This document shows, piece by piece, positions 10,434 to 16,953 of a stretch of DNA of 24,000 nucleotides; within the stretch, counting starts at the first letter, position 1; each line of letters opens with the position of its first letter. The DNA comes from an uncultured Clostridia bacterium (lineage in GTDB: Bacteria > Bacillota > Clostridia > Christensenellales > UBA1242). Both the position numbers and the translations under genes were made by a program. The notes under the pieces were generated by a model. It was not told the DNA's origin. It searched no databases and saw nothing but the letters and a program-made list of their open reading frames with translations. Location of the stretch: positions 40,219 to 64,218 of the forward strand of contig CAKVOD010000004.1 in the NCBI GenBank assembly GCA_934778205.1, read 5' to 3'.

Positions 10434-10584
10434 AAGAATGTACGCTGTCCGTCCTCCATTGTTTGGCACTCAAGTTCAATATCAGTGCAAGAGTCGTTTT
10501 CAATTGCTTGCGAGTCTTGTAAATATTGCAAGTTCTTGCAGAAATGTTGTTGTTTTTCGCAGTTTAACCTATCAAAATAATAGG

Positions 10585-10638
10585 TTAAACTACATACCCC
10601 CCCCCCCCCATTCGTGGAGCATTTGTTCTATTATTCAT
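10585..10638 (-). promoter_or_regulatory. 17-codon leader ORF containing the G13 tract (MNNRTNAPRMGGGGYVV*)
   Basis: RBS GAGGTG, 6 nt, ATG at 10638. The G tract begins inside codon 10. With 13 G the frame stops at TAA 10587-10585. Confidence 0.45.
10597..10609 (-). repeat. Homopolymeric tract, 13 G on the coding strand (13 C on plus)
   Basis: Counted directly from the sequence: ...tacata CCCCCCCCCCCCC attcgtgg.... Confidence 0.95.
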
Positions 10639-10670
10639 TTGTTTCACCTCACTTAATGAATTATAAATTT

Positions 10671-10699
10671 AGTTTACCACAATTATGAAAAAATATCAA
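10671..10699 (-). promoter_or_regulatory. Promoter of the GLUG-gene leader (TTGATA-17-TGGTAAACT, extended -10)
   Basis: Minus strand: TTGATA (10699-10694), 17 nt, TGG TAAACT (-10 at 10676-10671). Two TGCAAAA direct repeats 11 bp apart lie just upstream (plus strand 10703-10720). Confidence 0.55.
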
Positions 10700-10814
10700 A
10701 TGTTTTGCAGTATTTTTGCACTTTTTGTGAAAATGTTAATTCCCTGTTAATTCTCTATTGATTCTCAACGTGCTATTTTGATAGTTGCAAGCACGTGATT
10801 TTATCTAGACATCA

Positions 10815-10847
10815 ACAAAAAACACTCAAATGGTTTTGTTTGAGTGC
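10815..10847 (-). terminator. Rho-independent terminator after the CNNM transporter gene
   Basis: Minus strand: CACTCAAA-CAAAACCA-TTTGAGTG followed by TTTTTTG. Confidence 0.65.
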
Positions 10848-10947
10848 TTTTATAAAGCAATTTAGATGCTTATATATTGATCTTAAATATTCATTTATAT
10901 ATTTATTGATTAATCCTATTCCGTTACAGCCCGCACTGAAACTGCCG

Positions 10948-12336
10948 TTATTGCTGTTCAGAGGCGCTGGCGTCGCGCGTCAACTTTTCTTCATTGTTCA
11001 AAATTTCAGTTGTAATCAAAACGCGACGAATACGATTATTTTCGACCTTTATCAACTTAAAATGCAATGCGATTGCAACTTCATAATAGTTGGCATCATC
11101 ATCGACGCGCTCGTCGATTGTGACAAAGTCCAAAACTTGGTCTTGCTTTGGCAAACTTTTTTCGGCAAGTTCAAAAAGGAACGCGCCGAGGCTTGAATAG
11201 TTGTTGCTTGGTAAGTGTTCTATGCCCAAATTCTTAAAAAGTTCTTCAACTTCTATTTCAGCATCAACAACATATTTATTGTCGTCAATTTTTTCAAATT
11301 CTGTCGACTTCACTTCGTCGTGTTCGTCGTAGATTTCGCCCCAAACTTCCTCAATCGCATCTTCAAGCGTGATGATACCATTCGTTCCGCCGTGTTCATC
11401 GACGACAATTGCCATATGCTTCTTCTCTTTTTGCATTTGACGAATCATATCATCTAGTTTCATATTTTCATTGACAAACATTGGTTTTGAGATGCACGCG
11501 GAAATGTCAACTTGTTGCTCCAAAAATATTTGCGACGCCAAATCTTTTTCACTCAAAATGCCGATGATATGATCCATATCCTCATCATATACTGGCAATC
11601 TTGAAAACTTTGTACTTACAAACACATTCTTTATGTTCTCAATACTCTCGTTCTTTTCAACAGCCGTAACGTCAACGCGTGGCGTCATTGCGTTGTAAAC
11701 AATTTTTTGGTCTAGGTCAAGAACCCCTTGAATCAAATCGGCGTTCACGCTGTCAATGACCCCTTCTTCCTCCATTGTGTCGATGATGCTTTCAAGTTCT
11801 TCTTCAGTAACAGTTGGCGTTTGCGCGCCTTTGTTCTTTCTCAAGAGCGCCTTTTGTAACTTGTTAAACAAATATGTTATTGGCATCAAAATTTTTATGA
11901 CGACAAACAGTGCGCCCGAATATCGTAACGCAACTTTTTCAGCATTTTGTTTTGCAAGCGCCTTTGGCGTGATTTCGCCACAAATAAGCAAAACAATTGT
12001 CATTACAACGGTGTTAAGAATGTTTGACAACGTTGGATTTGCAATTGCTGACGAAATCAAGAATGCACAAATGGTTGTCGCGCCGATGTTGACAAGGTTG
12101 TTGCCAACCAAAATCGTCGACAGTGCTATGTCATAGTGGTCACAAATCCACACGGCTTTACGCGCGCCTTTGACCTTTTCATCCGCATAGTGCTTCATCC
12201 GCATACTATTGACCGATGTGAACGCCGTTTCGCACCCACTAAAAAATGCTGAACACAAAATTAATAATACAATGACTCCACTGAGTATTGTGTTTACTTC
12301 CCACGATAAGCATAAACAACTGGGGGGAACTGTCAT
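10948..12336 (-). CDS. CNNM/HlyC/CorC-family transporter (DUF21 + CBS pair + CorC_HlyC)
   Basis: 462 aa. FFSGCETAFTSVN and GNNLVNI in the membrane DUF21 part, a CBS region (MTPRVDV..., RLPVY...IIGIL), and the CorC-type C-terminus ...KKHMAIVVDEHGGTNGIITLEDAIEEVWGEI.... Confidence 0.9.
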   Translation of the reverse strand: MTVPPSCLCLSWEVNTILSGVIVLLILCSAFFSGCETAFTSVNSMRMKHYADEKVKGARKAVWICDHYDIALSTILVGNNLVNIGATTICAFLISSAIANPTLSNILNTVVMTIVLLICGEITPKALAKQNAEKVALRYSGALFVVIKILMPITYLFNKLQKALLRKNKGAQTPTVTEEELESIIDTMEEEGVIDSVNADLIQGVLDLDQKIVYNAMTPRVDVTAVEKNESIENIKNVFVSTKFSRLPVYDEDMDHIIGILSEKDLASQIFLEQQVDISACISKPMFVNENMKLDDMIRQMQKEKKHMAIVVDEHGGTNGIITLEDAIEEVWGEIYDEHDEVKSTEFEKIDDNKYVVDAEIEVEELFKNLGIEHLPSNNYSSLGAFLFELAEKSLPKQDQVLDFVTIDERVDDDANYYEVAIALHFKLIKVENNRIRRVLITTEILNNEEKLTRDASASEQQ

Positions 12337-12378
12337 AAAAATTCAATCTCCTTACCTTATTTTATTACTATAATATGT

Positions 12379-12407
12379 ATTATATCATATATTTTTTATT
12401 TTGTAAA
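12379..12407 (-). promoter_or_regulatory. Promoter of the CNNM gene (TTTACA-17-TGATATAAT)
   Basis: Minus strand: TTTACA (12407-12402), 17 nt, TGA TATAAT (12384-12379), about 25 nt upstream of AAGGAGA. Confidence 0.55.
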
Positions 12408-12561
12408 GGCAATATGCCCCCTCCACCGCTTGACATTTTCAAAACCCCAACACACAAAGGAATACACGCTTAAACACAACTTCCAAAAAATATAAAAAAA
12501 CTAAGTTTTGACAATAAGTTCATTCAAAAAGAATATATCTCAAAACTAAGTTTTTTCATTT

Positions 12562-15500
12562 CTAACCGAGATAATAATCGGTCATTTTGTTTATTAAACA
12601 ATTTGTAATCAAGCCCATTCCATCTGCATTAGGATGCACTCTATCTATTGTATAGGTGCTTGCCGTTTCAATATTTATTCCGCTATCAGCATAAACATCT
12701 ACAACAGGGCAACCATAGTGCGTCGCGATTGCTTTTATGATATCATTAAATTCATTGATAACTGCAGTTGGATTTACATTGCCGTTGTAATCTTTGTAAT
12801 TTGCATTATTATCCACAAATCCCGCATAATGAATTGTCATACAAAATACGTCTGCGCTACTATATTTTTGCGTCATTTTATAAATCATTAGAGCGTACGC
12901 TTCGTCAAATGACGACGGCACTGTCAGTGTTCCGTTTTCGATTTTCGTAAATAGGTCATCCGTCACAACTTTGTGCGCAACTGGACTACCTAATTGACAA
13001 AAGTCGTTCGTACCCATAAATACAGCGATTACGTCAGGCTGTTTCCCTGTGTTGTCATTGTGAAGATTTACTGAACGCGTATTCCACGCCGAACTAGCAT
13101 CGGTATTGCCCGACCCTGACAAATAAGTATGCGAACCAGACCACGAATTGTTAACGCAAAGATTCATTCCAAGTTGATTTATCGTTCGCATCCACCATGT
13201 GTCATTGACTGAAAGTGTTTTCAAAATACCAGGATACGCTACAGCATTTCCACCAATTGTTGAGTTATACTTTGTGATGTTGTTGTATCCCGAATATGTG
13301 CTAATACTATCGCCCAAAATTGATAAACTTTTCCCTTTCAATACGCTTTTCACTGATTTAGTACCATAAAAACCAATCGGCAAATTAATTATATTAGTAA
13401 AATTTGTTTTTCCATTTATAGTTTTTATTCCTAAATTGCTTGAAATGACATCAAAATAATATACCAAAACAATTGTGTCTGTCGCTGAGCCAAAAGCCAA
13501 TGTTTGCCCTGACTTTACGCGAATATCAAGATTGTCAAACGTGACCCAACCACCTGTCGTGCTATAATTTTGCGTAAAAGCAGTAATTTGCGTGGCATTC
13601 ATTGTCAATTTTTGCGAACTAATTATTGTGTGCGAACCGTCCGTTTCGGCTTCAGCACCTACTATGTGCAAAGTAAATTCCGCTGAAGATGTTGAATTTA
13701 TTTTCTTTACTGGTAGTACAATTCTGTTTATAATCGTTTTTTCAAACATACTTGTGCCATACATCCAAATGAACTCATTATTAACAGTTAATTCCTTCCA
13801 TTTACTATCAGCTGAAACATCTAAATTAAACAATTGTTGCTCATTGACGCCAGTCAATGAATCAAGTGGCGTAACATCGTATTGCGTGTAGCCATATATA
13901 TCAATAACTAAACTATAATTTTGATATTTTTGCCCACTTGCCCACGAAGTAAAGGCACGGTCGGTGTTTGTATTCTTTGTCGAGTACAACAAAGTTATCG
14001 TGTCGTCACTCGCGCAAAATGCTATTGTTTGCTGGACGCCGACATCAATGTTTAACTCATCAAATGTCAGCCACACAGCGCATTTATCACTTGAAGTATC
14101 CGCCGTCTGTAGCGCTTTCCACTTCGCAATTTCACTTGCCGTAAGTATTAGGTTATAACTGCGCGCGACTTCTCCATTTGTGGTGTTGACAACACTGACA
14201 GTCAAAAAGGCGTTCAGATCATTTATTATATTATAAACAGGCACAACAAATTTTGTAATTGTTTTATTTTCAAACACCTTGCTATTTGAGTACGCAAATA
14301 ACCCGCTTGAGGAAAGATTGTTTAGTACGGCAAATTCTTGCGAATCAAGAGATAGTTTTGAACTTACAATTTCTTTCGCTGAGTTGCTTTGCAATAAGTT
14401 TGAGTATCTATCCCCTCTTTGAACATAGACATCAATAGGCAGTATACCACCTGACCACCCCAACCACGTTGGCGAAATCATTATTCGCTCAGTATCCTCT
14501 GTTCCGCTAAAAAATAGAATACCCATTGTTCCGCTATTCCAGCAACCAAAGGCGATTGTTTCGTCTTTTCCTACGTCAATGTTGAGATTGTCAAATGTTA
14601 TCCACGATTGTCGCTGAAAATTTTTGAACTGCGCTTCTGTAAGTGACAATTTGTGCGTCGAACGCAAGTAATCACTTTGAAACTCCGCTTGCTGCACGCC
14701 ATTTTCATATTCTTCGCCCTTGCTTCTATCAATTTTTTTGTTGATTACAAACAAGTTTATATAAGCGCCGCTTGCATTTGTGACTGATGCGTCGATTTGA
14801 TATATAGGTACAGTGAGTTTAGTTATTACCCTGCCCGAAATTCGATTCGTTATATCTTCATTGAAGCGCCAAATGTAATTGGGATTTAATGTTGCTGTAT
14901 CAGCAAATGTTTCATACTTCATAGCAATAGAATTTTGCATCAACAAATAGTCATTGCCCGACCGTCCATATATATCCAAAAGAAGCGAAGAACTTGTTAC
15001 CACCTCCCATGTTGTTTGAGATTCTGTATTTGTTTTACAAACATAATACGCATGAGATGAGTTCTCGTCTGCTATGCCATTTGCATAGCCTATTGATACT
15101 GTGTCCGCGCTATCCGTAAAGGCAAGTGTTTCATCGTTGCCAACAAGTATATTTAGATTACTGAACATTACCCACTTATTTTTGTCGTCCGCATTCCAAT
15201 CAATTATTTGTTCTTCACTCATTTCTAAGCGGTAAGTTCGCACAACGTCAAATTTTCCGCGAGTGGCTTTTATTACTTTAACCGTCCAAAACTTCACACC
15301 TGCCGATTCATTGATTGAATACACAGGCGCAACGATTTTTGTTATTAGTTTATCTTTGAATAAATCGGTATTTTTATAAACATATCCATTGACAGAAGAT
15401 GTCACGTTATCTAATTTTGTGGTCGCACTTTCGCCCAAAATATTGCTAGAAAGCCCAGTTGTTAATCTATCACTATAAGCAAAAACATCGAACATTAGCG

Positions 15501-16149
15501 AAAACATTGTTATGTCCCACCACTGTCCTTTTTGGACATAATCTTTACCACACCCATAAAACCCACGTCCACCTATCTTTTGTTTGCTATAACAAACTCC
15601 GAGTGAGTCATTATAACTTACAAAGGCGAGGGTTTCACCATCTAAAACTTTAATATTCAAATCTTTAAATGTCACCCACGCCCCGATAATAGGATTAAAT
15701 GAATCAATAAATTCTTGAGACACGTATAACTTATGCGTTTGATGTACCTCGAATGCCCCTTTTTTATTTGAAATTACAAAAACCGTCATAAAAACATTGC
15801 TAGTTGCTTTGATTTGATAAACAGGTGCAACAATTTTTGTTATTGTTTTGTTTTCAAACATATTTAGATTTTCAAAACAATATGGACCAAATTTATTTTC
15901 ACCATTACCCGCATTTAAATTTAAATAATTTTGATCAGCGCCAAAACCAATATTACCTTCGCCAGTCAATGCGGGGAATAAATCAAAACTATCTCCTGCA
16001 ACACAGTTCGTAAGTTCTACAGGCGTCGGCTGTTTAAATCTAATTACACCCCACGCACTTTTGCTGGAACTCAACGCCGACAAAGTTGTGGCGCAAACAA
16101 TCATCAAAAAAACTACTAGCACCCAAGTCAAGAACGCAACATTTTGCAA
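12562..16149 (-). CDS. Large signal-anchored surface protein: five copies of an unassigned ~175-aa domain plus a C-terminal SGNH/GDSL hydrolase. The 5' end is apparently frameshifted by the G13 tract.
   Basis: 1195-aa ORF whose track start is a TTG with no RBS. The hydrophobic anchor is LTWVLVVFLMIVCATTLSAL. The SGNH blocks are LSILGDSIS (G at 13314-13312), FMGTNDF and DRVHPNADG. An ATG at 16246 with RBS AGGAG joins this frame if the tract has 12 or 15 G. Confidence 0.85.
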   Translation of the reverse strand: MQNVAFLTWVLVVFLMIVCATTLSALSSSKSAWGVIRFKQPTPVELTNCVAGDSFDLFPALTGEGNIGFGADQNYLNLNAGNGENKFGPYCFENLNMFENKTITKIVAPVYQIKATSNVFMTVFVISNKKGAFEVHQTHKLYVSQEFIDSFNPIIGAWVTFKDLNIKVLDGETLAFVSYNDSLGVCYSKQKIGGRGFYGCGKDYVQKGQWWDITMFSLMFDVFAYSDRLTTGLSSNILGESATTKLDNVTSSVNGYVYKNTDLFKDKLITKIVAPVYSINESAGVKFWTVKVIKATRGKFDVVRTYRLEMSEEQIIDWNADDKNKWVMFSNLNILVGNDETLAFTDSADTVSIGYANGIADENSSHAYYVCKTNTESQTTWEVVTSSSLLLDIYGRSGNDYLLMQNSIAMKYETFADTATLNPNYIWRFNEDITNRISGRVITKLTVPIYQIDASVTNASGAYINLFVINKKIDRSKGEEYENGVQQAEFQSDYLRSTHKLSLTEAQFKNFQRQSWITFDNLNIDVGKDETIAFGCWNSGTMGILFFSGTEDTERIMISPTWLGWSGGILPIDVYVQRGDRYSNLLQSNSAKEIVSSKLSLDSQEFAVLNNLSSSGLFAYSNSKVFENKTITKFVVPVYNIINDLNAFLTVSVVNTTNGEVARSYNLILTASEIAKWKALQTADTSSDKCAVWLTFDELNIDVGVQQTIAFCASDDTITLLYSTKNTNTDRAFTSWASGQKYQNYSLVIDIYGYTQYDVTPLDSLTGVNEQQLFNLDVSADSKWKELTVNNEFIWMYGTSMFEKTIINRIVLPVKKINSTSSAEFTLHIVGAEAETDGSHTIISSQKLTMNATQITAFTQNYSTTGGWVTFDNLDIRVKSGQTLAFGSATDTIVLVYYFDVISSNLGIKTINGKTNFTNIINLPIGFYGTKSVKSVLKGKSLSILGDSISTYSGYNNITKYNSTIGGNAVAYPGILKTLSVNDTWWMRTINQLGMNLCVNNSWSGSHTYLSGSGNTDASSAWNTRSVNLHNDNTGKQPDVIAVFMGTNDFCQLGSPVAHKVVTDDLFTKIENGTLTVPSSFDEAYALMIYKMTQKYSSADVFCMTIHYAGFVDNNANYKDYNGNVNPTAVINEFNDIIKAIATHYGCPVVDVYADSGINIETASTYTIDRVHPNADGMGLITNCLINKMTDYYLG

Positions 16150-16201
16150 AATTTTGCAGGATACCCGCTGTTTTATGCAAGTATCTTGCTCATTTTGACA
16201 C

Positions 16202-16246
16202 CTATGCCCCCCCCCCCCCGTTTATGTTCTTGTTTTTAAAAATCAT
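16202..16246 (-). promoter_or_regulatory. 14-codon leader ORF containing the G13 tract (MIFKNKNINGGGGA*); probably the true 5' end of the SGNH-protein CDS in the ON phase
   Basis: RBS TAGGAGC, 7 nt, ATG at 16246. Reading ATG ATT TTT AAA AAC AAG AAC ATA AAC then G13 gives GCA TAG. I checked that removing one G puts this ATG in frame with TTG CAA AAT GTT GCG at 16149. Confidence 0.6.
16207..16219 (-). repeat. Homopolymeric tract, 13 G on the coding strand (13 C on plus)
   Basis: Counted directly from the sequence: ...cctatg CCCCCCCCCCCCC gtttatg.... Confidence 0.95.
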
Positions 16247-16282
16247 AATTTTTGCTCCTAATACTAAATTTTAATCACTATT

Positions 16283-16311
16283 ATTTTAACACAATCAAAA
16301 AAAAATATCAA
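16283..16311 (-). promoter_or_regulatory. Promoter of the SGNH surface-protein gene (TTGATA-17-TGTTAAAAT, extended -10)
   Basis: Minus strand: TTGATA (16311-16306), 17 nt, TGT TAAAAT (-10 at 16288-16283). Two TGACAAA direct repeats 10 bp apart lie just upstream (plus strand 16317-16333). Confidence 0.55.
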
Positions 16312-16383
16312 ATAAATTTGTCACATTTTGTCAAAAAATTAAAAAAGCACACAGAAAATTAACTATGTACTCTTTTAGATAGT

Positions 16384-16422
16384 TTCACACACCAAACCTA
16401 TAGCCGTGCGCTTTCGCACCCC
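16384..16422 (-). repeat. Solo copy of the structured 'GTG-stem-CAC GGCTnnAGGT' element, immediately after the nrdG stop
   Basis: Minus strand: TAA CG GGGTGCGAAAGCGCACGGCTATAGGTTTGGTGTGTGAA. The hairpin is GTGCG-AAAG-CGCAC. Related copies lie at 22574-22900. Confidence 0.55.
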
Positions 16423-16423
16423 G

Positions 16424-16939
16424 TTAGAGCCATTTGGGGGAGGTGACGAGAACAGTTTGCGACAATCGCAAACTCTCCTGCACATCAATAACCCGCTGAT
16501 TGCTTGACCCACGAAACTTGAGCGTGTAATCACGCAAACTTTCAATAAATTCGCCGTCAATCAAAACGTCCGCATACGCTAGCAATTCTTTTATGCACGT
16601 TGCATCTTTTGCACACAAGTCCTCAAAGGTATAACCCGTGTAAATTGCTAAATGAAGTCCACGTTCTTTTATCATCTTAGCAAGTGGCACAAGCGATTCA
16701 ACTTGACACATAGGTTCGCCACCAGAAAATGTCACACCGTCTAAAAGCGGATTGGAATCAATCTGTTCCATTATTTCAGCGGGCGTCATCAATGTTTTTT
16801 CAACAAAAGGTTGCGTGGCCGAATTGTGACAGCCCTTGCACTTGCGCGGACAGCCTTGCACAAATAATACGTAGCGCAATCCTACACCATCAACGATTGA
16901 ATCATTGACTGTGCCCGCTACATTAATAAGATTTTCCAT
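16424..16939 (-). CDS. nrdG: Anaerobic ribonucleoside-triphosphate reductase activating protein (radical SAM)
   Basis: 171 aa. ...GVGLRYVLFVQGCPRKCKGCHN... cluster and ...GVTFSGGEP.... It lies directly downstream of nrdD. Confidence 0.9.
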   Translation of the reverse strand: MENLINVAGTVNDSIVDGVGLRYVLFVQGCPRKCKGCHNSATQPFVEKTLMTPAEIMEQIDSNPLLDGVTFSGGEPMCQVESLVPLAKMIKERGLHLAIYTGYTFEDLCAKDATCIKELLAYADVLIDGEFIESLRDYTLKFRGSSNQRVIDVQESLRLSQTVLVTSPKWL

Positions 16940-16953
16940 ATGTAATTCCTATT

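Noticed and set aside
10289-10531. 80-aa ORF upstream of the GLUG gene as an independent gene.
   Set aside because: It starts at a TTG without an RBS and is largely made of the three-hairpin repeat (the SFRPK...EKSPGRG string). It only becomes translatable from a real start codon when the G tract changes length. I therefore treat it as part of the phase-variable leader, not a stand-alone protein.
10795-11196. 133-aa plus-strand ORF overlapping the 3' end of the CNNM gene and its terminator.
   Set aside because: It is antisense to a confidently assigned transporter gene, crosses a terminator hairpin, and has no RBS or recognisable motifs.
12490-12561. A terminator for the SGNH surface-protein gene in the repeated AAAACTTAGTTTT motifs.
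   Set aside because: The two copies are direct repeats, not inverted repeats. Each forms only a 5-bp A/T stem (AAAAC-TTA-GTTTT). That is too weak to call a terminator with confidence.
16375-16560. 61-aa minus-strand ORF overlapping the nrdG 3' end.
   Set aside because: It is out of frame within nrdG and runs into the post-stop hairpin element. It is an artefact of the G/C-richer repeat.
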